Sequence record: MK514282.1
DNA: 40,000 nucleotides
Strand: one strand, 5' to 3'
Origin: Erwinia phage Derbicus
The translations under genes were made by a program, and so were the position numbers. Positions within the stretch are counted from its first letter, which is position 1. Every line of letters begins with the position of its first letter. This document shows, one piece after another, positions 18,738 to 28,351 of this stretch. The notes under the pieces were generated by a model. It saw only the letters and a program-made list of their open reading frames with translations. It was not told the DNA's origin and searched no databases.

Positions 18738-19322
18738 ATGAGCATGTGGGACCAACCCGGTACAGCTTTTACGAAGATTACCGGTGACGCTGCGAACTTC
18801 CTGAACAGTACATTCGATATCAATTCGTTTGCCACTGACTTCGTGGATAAAGTTAAGCAGCAAGTCCAAAAAGTAGCCAGCATTGAGTTGTTCCGTCTGA
18901 CCTCTGCCGCAGCGCGTAAGATGCGTTTCTCCAGTGGTGCAGATATCGTGCGTCAGTTAGAAGAGTTAGGCGAATTCCAAATGGCCCCGCCAGTCATGCA
19001 GCCGTTCTTGGTTGCGATGCCTGAGTACCGTACGTTGTACAACAACAATATGGCAGCAGGGTTTGAAAATGGATTCTCCAAACACGATCAGTTCCGCGGT
19101 AATGCGTATATGCACACCGATGCAAACTATCGTGAAGCGACCGATGGCATGGTAACTGAATATCATCCGACTCACCTGTTTAACTGGGTGCTGCCGGAAG
19201 AACGTCAGGACAAACTCTCTCGTATCAACAAAGTTGATTTGCAGATTTGCTGGAGTCGTGCGCGTGATTTGGACTGGGAAGATTCCGATCCCTACTCCGA
19301 ATACAACGCGTCCTGCTATTAA
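18738..19322 (+). CDS. hypothetical phage protein (194 aa)
   Basis: ORF with GAGGAG upstream, terminator after. Confidence 0.8.
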   Translation: MSMWDQPGTAFTKITGDAANFLNSTFDINSFATDFVDKVKQQVQKVASIELFRLTSAAARKMRFSSGADIVRQLEELGEFQMAPPVMQPFLVAMPEYRTLYNNNMAAGFENGFSKHDQFRGNAYMHTDANYREATDGMVTEYHPTHLFNWVLPEERQDKLSRINKVDLQICWSRARDLDWEDSDPYSEYNASCY

Positions 19323-19328
19323 ATAACA

Positions 19329-19356
19329 AAGAGGGGTTTCGGCCCCTCTTTTTTTC
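19329..19356 (+). terminator. Rho-independent terminator
   Basis: AAGAGGGG-TTTCGG-CCCCTCTT followed by TTTTT. Confidence 0.92.
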
Positions 19357-19368
19357 TGAGGTTTCGAT

Positions 19369-19743
19369 ATGTCTGATATTGTAGTGGGGACGCTCTCTAC
19401 TCGTGGCTGGGCTGTTACTGCTGAAGAAAAAATCCGTGAAGTGATGAACAACTATACCGAAGCGGGTTTCAGCCAGTCTGTTCTCTATCAAGGGAACATT
19501 AAATCTCTCGAACATGCACGCTTTCGTACCGAACAGGATATGGATGCCCTGCGTTCAGAGGTGAAGAAAGACCTCGAATCGTTATACGGTAACATCTTCC
19601 CCGATGGCGTACTGGTGAACACCCAAGTCATCCAAGAGGATGAAAGCGATGTGCGCTACCGCCTGTATATCGAAGTGGAAGTGACCGAAGGCGAAAACCG
19701 TTATTCTATCGAAAAATACGTTAATGTGGAGAACAAAGAATGA
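19369..19743 (+). CDS. hypothetical phage protein (124 aa), baseplate/structural-like small protein possible
   Basis: ORF; overlaps the next start by 4 nt. Confidence 0.75.
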   Translation: MSDIVVGTLSTRGWAVTAEEKIREVMNNYTEAGFSQSVLYQGNIKSLEHARFRTEQDMDALRSEVKKDLESLYGNIFPDGVLVNTQVIQEDESDVRYRLYIEVEVTEGENRYSIEKYVNVENKE

Positions 19744-20342
19744 CCCGTGAACTCAACGAAATTGAAAAGTTTCAACTGGAAGAGGTAAAGGATTTGGAAA
19801 AGACCTTCGTCGATTTGACAGGCGCTACGCGTTATTCTGACTCTACCTTCCGCCGTCAGGGTTTACCGATTCTGACCGGCCTGCTGGATGACACCTTCAA
19901 CCCGCTGCTGTGGGCTGAGTTCATCGGTTCTAACTACGTGCCGCTGGAAATCCTCACCGATGACCTGCGCTCCGTACTTTTTACATTACCCCCACTCCTT
20001 ATGCCGGGGCCAGCCATCATTGCGCAAGATAACCAACAGTCGTTGTCTGACGCCTCTACCGAGATTGCATTGCAAGGTGCAATTATCGCAGAGAATGGCG
20101 GTATCCTGATTAACCAGCTCATCAACGGTGCAGCTGGCGCAATCGACCGTGCTATGTACGGGATCAACTTCGAACGTGCTCGCCAGACCATCACTACGCT
20201 GAACGAGGTCTTCGAGCATTACGGTATCAATGGCCGAATTGAATATCCAGAAGGACTCTCTGAAGTCTCTCCGGAAGAAAAGGTCGCTGCTGCGCCTAAG
20301 GAACGTGAACGTTATGCCATTGACGATGGAGACGCATTATAG
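19740..20342 (+). CDS. hypothetical phage protein (200 aa)
   Basis: ORF with an ATGA junction at the 5' end. Confidence 0.75.
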   Translation: MTRELNEIEKFQLEEVKDLEKTFVDLTGATRYSDSTFRRQGLPILTGLLDDTFNPLLWAEFIGSNYVPLEILTDDLRSVLFTLPPLLMPGPAIIAQDNQQSLSDASTEIALQGAIIAENGGILINQLINGAAGAIDRAMYGINFERARQTITTLNEVFEHYGINGRIEYPEGLSEVSPEEKVAAAPKERERYAIDDGDAL

Positions 20343-21453
20343 TGCGGTCACTAAACTCGTCGGCTGTAAAAGAGTAGCCTTTTTTGGCGATGTGCACCTG
20401 CTCCATGGGCGGGTGCCCACCTCTCACATTGCCGCGACGCTGACGACATTAATCAGCGAATTAAAAAATACAGCAGATGCCATTTATATTGTAGGGGACT
20501 TATTCGACGACTCGAAACACCTTCGTTCCGAGGATACCCACGACGCATTGGACTTCATTGCTTGGTTATTAAAGTGGTGTAAGGAAACCAACACGGCGCT
20601 GCGTATTTTGGAAGGAACCCACTCGCATGACCACGGCCAATCAAAGTTTGTGCCGCGTATCAACAAAGCGATTGGGGCTGATGTGCTGTATTTAGACGGG
20701 ATTGGTATTCACTACGACCCGGTTCTGGAAATGACCGTAGGTTGGGTTCAGGATGATTACAACACCAAAGCGAGCGAGACAGAGCAGGAAATGGCGGAGC
20801 TCATGAAGACGCGTGGTATTGACAAAGTGGATTTCTTTGTCATGCATGGGTGCTTTCATTTCCAGCTACCTGTTTTTAGCGAGAAATCGTTTAATGAAAA
20901 GTTTTGGGTTAAGCGTGCGAAACGAGTCATTGTTATTGGCCACGACCACCGCCCGAAACTCAACGGTATCATTCGCGTCACTGGGAGTCCAGAACGCCTC
21001 TCCATGGGAGAGGAGGAAGAAAAAGGTATTACCATCGCGGACTTTACGGATGAGCATACCCGTCTGTACTTTCGTGTCAACACCGAGGCATGCATGCAGT
21101 TAACCGTGCGTGCCATGGATGATTACGATGCGCACTATCAAGCGTGTCTGGCTGCGTTAAAACGCATAGACGAATCCCCGAACCCGCAGGTGGGGCGTCT
21201 TAAGATTGAATATGCATTCGATAGCCCAATCGCCGAGCATGTTGCGCGGTGGAAAAAAGAATACATATTTAATATCAAGGGAGACAAACTTCGCGACCCG
21301 AAAGTTGAGAAGCTTTTAGTCGAGGCGTTTAGTCACACGTCGGAAGTCGAAACTATCGACCAAGACAACGTGCAGTCCATCATGCTCGCTGAAATGGCTG
21401 AGCTGGACTATGACCCGAACATTGTGTCGGAGATTATAGAAGCAGTACGATGA
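20314..21453 (+). CDS. SbcD/Mre11-like calcineurin-type phosphoesterase
   Basis: Motifs FFGDVH, VGDLFDD, GTHSHD, MHGCF, IGHDHRP in order. ATG 20314 has AAGGAA upstream; the tracked start at 20230 lies within the previous gene. Confidence 0.85.
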   Translation: MPLTMETHYSAVTKLVGCKRVAFFGDVHLLHGRVPTSHIAATLTTLISELKNTADAIYIVGDLFDDSKHLRSEDTHDALDFIAWLLKWCKETNTALRILEGTHSHDHGQSKFVPRINKAIGADVLYLDGIGIHYDPVLEMTVGWVQDDYNTKASETEQEMAELMKTRGIDKVDFFVMHGCFHFQLPVFSEKSFNEKFWVKRAKRVIVIGHDHRPKLNGIIRVTGSPERLSMGEEEEKGITIADFTDEHTRLYFRVNTEACMQLTVRAMDDYDAHYQACLAALKRIDESPNPQVGRLKIEYAFDSPIAEHVARWKKEYIFNIKGDKLRDPKVEKLLVEAFSHTSEVETIDQDNVQSIMLAEMAELDYDPNIVSEIIEAVR

Positions 21454-21462
21454 GGAGAGCTA

Positions 21463-22284
21463 ATGGCTCTATCGACAGTTGATCGGGTATTTGGGTTAGA
21501 ATATCCCATGTCCATTGCAACGTCCCTTGCGTTTGAGGGTTTGCTCCATACGGGCGAACATGCAGCAGATAAAGGTGAGCCACCGGTTCACAGCTTCCGC
21601 GCTATCTTTGTGAATGTGCGTACATTATTTCGTAACGTTTATAACGCGTTCGAAGATAAAAAAGCAGAACTAGATGCAGATATTGCCCTAGCGGCAATCG
21701 AAGAAGATGTTAAAGCCATTCGGGAGACGGTAGCCGCCGTCTCCCCTTCGACCATATGTGTCTTCTACCTCTGCCAGTACAAAACCATCAACAAAGAATT
21801 CCCTCAGGCCAAGTTCAAGAATCCTTCCACGCCGAACCAGACGCATTACAACTCCGTCGAAATGGATGTGTACCGTCGGGTAGTCAAAGACGAGCTTTTC
21901 GAAGCGAAGCTTTTCGATGTGGAGATTTCAAACAACGTGGATACGGTGTGTTTAACCCACTTACCGATAGATCTGCTTTGGCAGAAGAACTTCCCTAAAC
22001 TGGCGTTGCTGGAATCCCATACAGGTAAAGTGAAAGGGCAGCTGGAATGGTACACCAAGCTGAACGGGAAACCAGAGAACGTTCCTTTTAACAAAGCAAC
22101 CTTAACCTTGTACGGAGACGGGGTCATGTTTGCACCAGAGGATTTGAAATCTCGCCGCGTGTTAGAGAAGGTGGCAGCGAAGTTTAGCTGGAACCAATCG
22201 ACGACAATGAGCCGCATTAAATCCACATTGCGTATCGCCAACGAACCGTTCTTGATTGAATATATTGACCGGTTAAGCAAGTAA
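21463..22284 (+). CDS. hypothetical phage protein (273 aa)
   Basis: ORF; GAGGAG upstream of the ATG. Confidence 0.8.
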   Translation: MALSTVDRVFGLEYPMSIATSLAFEGLLHTGEHAADKGEPPVHSFRAIFVNVRTLFRNVYNAFEDKKAELDADIALAAIEEDVKAIRETVAAVSPSTICVFYLCQYKTINKEFPQAKFKNPSTPNQTHYNSVEMDVYRRVVKDELFEAKLFDVEISNNVDTVCLTHLPIDLLWQKNFPKLALLESHTGKVKGQLEWYTKLNGKPENVPFNKATLTLYGDGVMFAPEDLKSRRVLEKVAAKFSWNQSTTMSRIKSTLRIANEPFLIEYIDRLSK

Positions 22285-22334
22285 CTCGAAATTTTTACGT
22301 CACCTACAATTGATGTGTAGCGCGACACCAACAA

Positions 22335-23039
22335 CTAAAAGGACCTGTCATCATGTCGTTTAACCACAAGTTTCTTAAAGACAAAACTCTTCTGCCGAAA
22401 ACCAAACCAGACGCACGCGGCCAGCAAAAATCCATGTCTATTGAGCCGAACATGTTCAATGGCGAATGCGAAGGTTTGACCTTCAAATACTTCTTCGGTA
22501 AAGGCGAAGGCATTTACCCATCCATGAAGTACGCAACCCTGCGTGCGATTTGTGATGCGCTGGAAGATGCCCTGCGCAACAAAGAAGCAAGCAGCCTCGA
22601 GTTCGAAATCACCAACAGCCAGAACAAACCCGCTGCCATGATTGTGGTCGGCCGCGGCGAAGATCTGATCCCGTTCATTAAGCTGGGCGGCGATGTTAAC
22701 GGACAAAAGAAAATGGCCGGCTTCACCTGGTACGCAGACAAAGGTGTTCGTCTGTTGCGTAAAGGTCAGCCGGTGCCGGATCTGGAAATCCATGAGCGTA
22801 TTGCGCGTACCTTCGTGAAAGAATTTAACGTCTTCCTCGAAGCGCTGCGTGATGTGTATAACCCGCGTGATTGGAACGCCAACGGGGGTGGTCAGCAGTC
22901 TAGCCGTGGTCAGTATGGTGGTGGCGGTCAGGGTGGTGGTCAACGTGGTGGCCAGTATCAGGGCGGTGGTAACCAAGGCGGCGGTAACGGCGGCGGCTCT
23001 ATGGCATCAGCGACGAACGAATTTGACGAAATGTTCTAA
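22335..23039 (+). CDS. putative single-stranded DNA-binding protein
   Basis: Compact N-terminal domain, a Gly/Gln-rich linker (GGGGQGGGQRGGQYQGGGNQGGG) and a short acidic/aromatic C-terminal tip (NEFDEMF), the architecture of SSB proteins. Confidence 0.55.
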   Translation, partial: LKGPVIMSFNHKFLKDKTLLPKTKPDARGQQKSMSIEPNMFNGECEGLTFKYFFGKGEGIYPSMKYATLRAICDALEDALRNKEASSLEFEITNSQNKPAAMIVVGRGEDLIPFIKLGGDVNGQKKMAGFTWYADKGVRLLRKGQPVPDLEIHERIARTFVKEFNVFLEALRDVYNPRDWNANGGGQQSSRGQYGGGGQGGGQRGGQYQGGGNQGGGNGGGSMASATNEFDEMF

Positions 23040-23053
23040 TCGGTGACGGCACA

Positions 23054-23073
23054 GGGGAGGGTTCGCTCTCCCC
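23054..23073 (+). terminator. hairpin, possible terminator or processing site
   Basis: GGGGAGGG-TTCG-CTCTCCCC (one G-U pair), no U tract. Confidence 0.5.
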
Positions 23074-23094
23074 TACACTGAAAGTGTATTGAAA

Positions 23095-23105
23095 TATATG
23101 TTATC
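23095..23105 (+). promoter_or_regulatory. candidate phage promoter motif (TATATGTTATC)
   Basis: Matches YATATRTTATC; upstream of 23134. Confidence 0.45.
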
Positions 23106-23133
23106 ATCGTGAATAACCCCGAGGAGAAATCTA

Positions 23134-24774
23134 GTGAACATTGAGAAGATTCGCGAAAGTGTAGTGATTAGCCACAATGGTGAAACCATTACTTTCAATA
23201 ACGTGCCGCACATCAACCGGAAGAAGAACACAGTTAAGATTCGCATGGACGATGAAGGGGATTTCCTTTCCCGTGACCAACTGCTGTTCCTCGAACTGAA
23301 TCGTCTTTGGGGCACTTTCTCGGACAAAGAGATTGCCGAAGTTTGGGAGATTTATCAGAACGTACAACTGCTAGTCACTGAACCGGATGAAGTACGCTTT
23401 AACGTATTGCCTGACATGTTGCGTCGTCTGGTAGAGATTCATTCTGTCGACCGCATCATTGCGTTGTACCCTCAGCATCAGGTGTGGATTCCGAAGAAGC
23501 TCGAAAATAACTTCGACAACATTTCGCCGAACTACACTGAAGCCATGACGTATCTGGTCTCTGACTATTATAACCTCATGGTGTTTACGCTGGCACTGAA
23601 ACCATTGATTCCGGTCTTCGCCGCAATCGGTGCGTATCCTCCTGTGAAAATGAACTCACAGTCTGCCCGTCGCAAAATCGTGACCTTAACCAACGATTGT
23701 TTCGAAATCCTGCTGACCTCTAAACTGGGCAATCAGCCGGCGATTCAGAAACTCCGCGACTCATTACCACACACCATCGTCAAGATTCAGAAAGAAGCGG
23801 GAGCGCAAAACTCTAATACGCCGTCCCTGACTCTGATTGCGGTTGTGGAAGGTTATGGGTTGGACGCGTTGGAAGAATACATTACCGCTTTCACGGTGGT
23901 GAATATTCTGGCACTGCAACCGGTAGGCGCGGATTTCAAAGAAGGTGTGATGGATGAGAACTCCATCGTAAGCCGCATCTTCTATGGCATTCGTCCCGAA
24001 GTATTGAACGGCTTTGCCGATAAGATGTCCGCTCACAACGTGACTGAGAAACCGCACGCCTCCACCATGAAACTTAATGGTGAGCGTGGCAAGACCTCAG
24101 TTATCGATACGGTGAATGCACGCTCCACTGCGCCTATTAAGGAAGCAGAACGTACCGGGTTTTATTTCACCGAGTACCGTAAGGCGCTGAAACGTATTGA
24201 TGCAGATATTCCACCTGCTCGCTGTAAGCTGCACATCGACGGGATTGTCGAGCACCACCCGCGTCCATTCTCAGAATTGCACGAATGGCTGGTTGCAGTA
24301 GTATTGCACCGGCATGCGCACCGCGGGACGTATAAAGATGTTGACATGCAAAGTTACATGCATGGCATGGGGATTGCACAGGCTATCTGGGCAAGCTATG
24401 GATTCCATTCGGCTGCAGCACTGCTAAGCTGCTCGGCGCTACCGGGTCGCGATGGTTTGGAATATCCGTTCCTGCCAATCGATGCGAGTATCAAAGAAAA
24501 GTCGGAAATATATTATCCTCAAGCATACCGTGCCCATAAAGGTCAGGAAATCATCAGTCCACTGCGTGAATCTGTCATGCTGTTGATTCGTGATTACATC
24601 AACCCGTTTAGTTTCCATTTGAAAACCTCACCAGAGGTCGCAGCATTACTTGGCGTAGAACCCGAAGTGAAGGGGTATATTCCGGGTAAGAACTTGCAGA
24701 TGGAACTGGCAGAAATGCTGCTTATCCAGGCCAGACAGAAGCACCGTGAAATGCATCCGTTGGCCGCTGAATAA
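23134..24774 (+). CDS. conserved jumbo-phage protein (546 aa); candidate for the nvRNAP accessory/promoter-binding subunit (phiKZ gp68 position)
   Basis: GTG start with GAGGAGAAA upstream. Role inferred only from size and position between beta' N and beta C genes. Confidence 0.4.
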   Translation: MNIEKIRESVVISHNGETITFNNVPHINRKKNTVKIRMDDEGDFLSRDQLLFLELNRLWGTFSDKEIAEVWEIYQNVQLLVTEPDEVRFNVLPDMLRRLVEIHSVDRIIALYPQHQVWIPKKLENNFDNISPNYTEAMTYLVSDYYNLMVFTLALKPLIPVFAAIGAYPPVKMNSQSARRKIVTLTNDCFEILLTSKLGNQPAIQKLRDSLPHTIVKIQKEAGAQNSNTPSLTLIAVVEGYGLDALEEYITAFTVVNILALQPVGADFKEGVMDENSIVSRIFYGIRPEVLNGFADKMSAHNVTEKPHASTMKLNGERGKTSVIDTVNARSTAPIKEAERTGFYFTEYRKALKRIDADIPPARCKLHIDGIVEHHPRPFSELHEWLVAVVLHRHAHRGTYKDVDMQSYMHGMGIAQAIWASYGFHSAAALLSCSALPGRDGLEYPFLPIDASIKEKSEIYYPQAYRAHKGQEIISPLRESVMLLIRDYINPFSFHLKTSPEVAALLGVEPEVKGYIPGKNLQMELAEMLLIQARQKHREMHPLAAE

Positions 24775-24813
24775 TTATACGCACTTTATAAAGAACATAT
24801 CGAGGAGTAATCA

Positions 24814-26535
24814 ATGAAACTGCTGCAACTTCAACTGTATCCGGTCTACGAAATCCCAGAACAGATTCGTCGCCGTATTGCGTTCAACGCCGGTACGGAA
24901 GATTTGACCAAGCTGAGCGATGTGATTGTTCAGAATGGTTCGAGCGCCACCAGTGCGTTTGACTACGGCGAAGCGATGGGGAAAATCGTAGGCTTTGACC
25001 CGCTGCCGGGTAGCTTTGAAACACCGGTGCTGGATATCTCCGGCCAGAGCAATGTGGTCACCCCATTCCGTTTCGAGCAACGCAGCCGTATCTACAACTT
25101 CGTGGCCGTTGTGGTAGTTAACCCGATTAACGAAACTCGCTCACAAGAGATTCGTTATATCCTGACCGGTTACACCTCAGAAGCTGACCCGACGTTGGCG
25201 AGTCTGCTGCCAGATGACATGGTGTTGTACATCAACGACATCTATGGCGTACGTCTGAGCTATAAGTACGACTCACTGGGTAACCGTTATGTTGACCCGA
25301 ACTCGTTCCAGATGGTTGACAACTATGTGCTGTCCAACACGCTGGTTACGTCGCAGGGAACTGAATTAACGCTTGACCCGATTGCGCTGACTAAGGCAGC
25401 CAAGACGGTAAGTAATCTGGATGTGAATGTGGGGGCAGGTGAAGAGCTGCAGTTCAACGTCACCTCCGATCAGGTTCTCGGCCCGTCATTGCAATCAGAA
25501 GCACAACTGCTGACTGCACAACTGACCCGTCCTGAATCGTTCATCGGTGCGATGTCCACCGGGTATCTGAACTCGCTGCTGAATGAGCAAGAGTCCAACT
25601 CCCTGTCCGGCATCAATGCGTTCTTTGATAATGGCACGCTGTCACTGGAAGGTGAGATGCGCCGCCTGGGTGTGGTGAAGTCGTATAAGAACCACAACTT
25701 TGCCAACGCCCTGCGTACGGCGCTATCCCGCCAGAACTTTGTGCAGGATGCGTACCGTCAGTCACAGGATGCCAAGTTCCGTTTAGGTGACCTGCGTTCC
25801 GTGCTGTTTAACCCGCAAGACCTGAACCGCATGTTGCAGGACTCACTGAGTACGGCAATGCGTAACATGTCTCTCGGCATCGACAAAACGGACAGCTGGA
25901 CCAACATGCGCGGCATCGGTACTGATGCATCACTGATTGCCTACGATGTGGGTATGCGTATGGGTCAGGTTATGGCGAAGAACCTGATTAACGGGATTCG
26001 TCTGACCTTTGATAACCGCATGGCGAACTTTGATACGCAGCCGCAGTTGGCTGTGGTACCAGACTCCGCAGAGTCCGTGAGTGAAGGGGGTATCCCGGCA
26101 CTGATGGCTCGTAACTTCATGCGTGAAATGATGCAGACCTTTATTCAGGCTACGCGTCACAACGCTGTTCGCTGCAAGATGGTGGTTATCTCACGTCTGG
26201 GTCAGGTGACCCGTGTGGAAATCACACCAGACGGTGAGGCAGTCACCGAGTATTACACCTTCGCGTCGTTCATGTCATCCCGTATGCATATCGGCCTGAC
26301 GTACGACAACACGTACAACAACACCGTGGCTAAGAACACCAGTACGTTGTTCTCCACTATCCAGCACGGCTTTGATGAGTATACTCGTCGCGATTCCTCG
26401 AACGCGGTGATGGTCTCAATGTCGGCTATGTCGTCACCGTCTAACGGGTTTACGATTCCGGACACTCCGGTTTCCCAGCCCGCTTCTAGCGGGGACTTCT
26501 CGTTCGGCAATGACGTTACCGGATTCAAACTTTAA
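24814..26535 (+). CDS. conserved jumbo-phage protein (573 aa) in the RNAP block
   Basis: Long ORF with GAGGAG RBS; no diagnostic motif recognised. Confidence 0.85.
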   Translation: MKLLQLQLYPVYEIPEQIRRRIAFNAGTEDLTKLSDVIVQNGSSATSAFDYGEAMGKIVGFDPLPGSFETPVLDISGQSNVVTPFRFEQRSRIYNFVAVVVVNPINETRSQEIRYILTGYTSEADPTLASLLPDDMVLYINDIYGVRLSYKYDSLGNRYVDPNSFQMVDNYVLSNTLVTSQGTELTLDPIALTKAAKTVSNLDVNVGAGEELQFNVTSDQVLGPSLQSEAQLLTAQLTRPESFIGAMSTGYLNSLLNEQESNSLSGINAFFDNGTLSLEGEMRRLGVVKSYKNHNFANALRTALSRQNFVQDAYRQSQDAKFRLGDLRSVLFNPQDLNRMLQDSLSTAMRNMSLGIDKTDSWTNMRGIGTDASLIAYDVGMRMGQVMAKNLINGIRLTFDNRMANFDTQPQLAVVPDSAESVSEGGIPALMARNFMREMMQTFIQATRHNAVRCKMVVISRLGQVTRVEITPDGEAVTEYYTFASFMSSRMHIGLTYDNTYNNTVAKNTSTLFSTIQHGFDEYTRRDSSNAVMVSMSAMSSPSNGFTIPDTPVSQPASSGDFSFGNDVTGFKL

Positions 26536-26546
26536 AGGATATCTCG

Positions 26547-27965
26547 ATGAGCAAGCTGAACATTATTGATTACTACCGCGCCCAGTTGGACTCACTGGGT
26601 TTTGGCGATAAAGATGCGTTCTTGTATCACAAGGACGAAGGGCAACTGACTGACCCGGTGACATTTAAGTACGCCGGCGAAACACGTCAGATGGTACTGC
26701 CGACGTACCAGATGATTAAAGCGGGCTTAGTGGATGAAGTGGGCAACGAATGCCACGCTTTCCATCCGCTGTGTGAATCGGTCATGACCGGCGAATCAGG
26801 GACGATTCGCTTTCTGAAACAAGCCATCAAAAATCAGCTGTACGTGAAAGGTATCTCCTTTATTACCTACATGCTGAAAGCGCTGGCCGAAGGGAAGTCT
26901 TCTCGCTCTGCCACCTTTAAGAAGTTTGTGGCGGCAATGACTGAAGGCGTGAAAGATCCGAAGATTGATGATAAGCTGCTGCGTAGCTGGACGAACGTGG
27001 CAACGTACATCAAAGACCGGATGGATAAGAAAACTCGCCTGATGCTCAGCATTCAGCCCGACCAGAAAATCGACGGGGTGAAATACCTGCGTGCGGCGAA
27101 CTATAAGCATGCATTCAGTGAAGAGCAGGATGACGGTACGGCAACGTACTTCGGTGTGCGGCTGGAACGTAAGCAGGACAAAGTGATTATTCACAACCTG
27201 CTGACCACCGTGTTCGGTTGGTATCCAGAAGAGATGGGGTCGAATGACCAGCGAGCGTACTATGGGTCATTGATTCGTGGTTGGGCAGAGTTCGTGTTGA
27301 AGTTCAATGCCCATGCGAAAGGTCTGAAGGACATCGTGCCGGAATACGAACTGCTGAACGATGCGTGGTTGCCAGAACTGGACAACCTCAGTGAATACGA
27401 CGGTAAGATTCAAACCTTACCGTACAACACCGGCAGTCGCGACTCCGAAGTGGAAACCACCAAGCGTGATTTCCGGGTTGGTGGGCAGCAGACTTATAAT
27501 GAGCCAGCTGCGCAAACGGTTACAGAAATTCGTCGGACTGAAAACGGTCTGATTGACCCACTGTCACTGTTGTCACCGGCCACTGCCCCGCAGTCGGGTA
27601 ACGTGTTCATTAATGGTACCCGTCAGGTTGACCTGTCGCAGTACACTCCGCTCGAACAGAAACTGATTAAAGAAGGCCGTACGCATGCACAGCCCTCTAA
27701 AATCGCCGCTATCCCATTGTCACAAGCTTTGGGCGGTGGACATGTCTCTCGCCAGCAGGGTAGTGCAGCCGACTTCTTCGGTAGCAACAGCGGTAACGTA
27801 TTCGCCACCACCACCAGTAACAATAACCCGTTCGCTGGTAACGTAGGCAATCCGTTTACCTCATCTGCAAACAGTAATCCGTTTGCAGGTGGTAATACCA
27901 ACAACAATCCATTCGGCGGTTCTACTGGCGGCAACGACGGTAGTCTGTTCAGCGGTATGTTGTAA
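26547..27965 (+). CDS. conserved jumbo-phage protein (472 aa) with an NPF/FG-rich low-complexity C-terminus
   Basis: Long ORF, terminator after; tail contains NNNPFAG, VGNPFT, NSNPFAGG, NNNPFGGS. Confidence 0.85.
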   Translation: MSKLNIIDYYRAQLDSLGFGDKDAFLYHKDEGQLTDPVTFKYAGETRQMVLPTYQMIKAGLVDEVGNECHAFHPLCESVMTGESGTIRFLKQAIKNQLYVKGISFITYMLKALAEGKSSRSATFKKFVAAMTEGVKDPKIDDKLLRSWTNVATYIKDRMDKKTRLMLSIQPDQKIDGVKYLRAANYKHAFSEEQDDGTATYFGVRLERKQDKVIIHNLLTTVFGWYPEEMGSNDQRAYYGSLIRGWAEFVLKFNAHAKGLKDIVPEYELLNDAWLPELDNLSEYDGKIQTLPYNTGSRDSEVETTKRDFRVGGQQTYNEPAAQTVTEIRRTENGLIDPLSLLSPATAPQSGNVFINGTRQVDLSQYTPLEQKLIKEGRTHAQPSKIAAIPLSQALGGGHVSRQQGSAADFFGSNSGNVFATTTSNNNPFAGNVGNPFTSSANSNPFAGGNTNNNPFGGSTGGNDGSLFSGML

Positions 27966-27977
27966 GCAAAAAATAAA

Positions 27978-28007
27978 TAAGGGGCTAACTACCCCTTATT
28001 TTTTTAA
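27978..28007. terminator. bidirectional terminator
   Basis: ATAAGGGG-CTAACTA-CCCCTTAT (27978-28000) with A-rich left and T-rich right flanks, between convergent genes. Confidence 0.88.
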
Positions 28008-28324
28008 ACAACGGCGGAGTCCAGAATGGATGCCACGACACCGATGTCCGGAATCAGTAAGGTTTCCATGTCAGGGGTGAATTCCATCGGGTTGCGGATG
28101 TTGTTTAAAAGCATCGTTGGAAAGATAAGTTCGCTGGGAATATCGACTAAGCTGCAGTACGCATAGAAGCTATGCATCTCCGGATACGAATAACGCGGGT
28201 CTACTGCCCTTGCCTTCGTGCTCGGATGATTACGCAGATAGTCAAGGTGGTCAATGATGAGTTGGCGTTCAATGGTACTAAGCGCTGGTATCGCCGCCTC
28301 GTATGTCACAAAGTTATCAAGCAC
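28004..28324 (-). CDS. small hypothetical minus-strand protein (106 aa)
   Basis: GTG start with AAAGGAGG upstream on the minus strand, shared terminator at the 3' end. Confidence 0.7.
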   Translation of the reverse strand: MLDNFVTYEAAIPALSTIERQLIIDHLDYLRNHPSTKARAVDPRYSYPEMHSFYAYCSLVDIPSELIFPTMLLNNIRNPMEFTPDMETLLIPDIGVVASILDSAVV

Positions 28325-28351
28325 AACTTCCTCCTTTAAAAATAATTAGCA

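Noticed and set aside
20230-20313. Upstream start of the phosphoesterase at 20230
   Set aside because: It would give a long overlap with 19740..20342 and a Lys/Arg-rich leader not expected for the family; ATG 20314 has an RBS.
22886-23003. GGTGGT/CAGGGT-type repeated DNA resembling a microsatellite or CRISPR-like array
   Set aside because: It is in-frame coding sequence for a Gly/Gln linker; no regular repeat-spacer structure. No CRISPR array was seen in the window.
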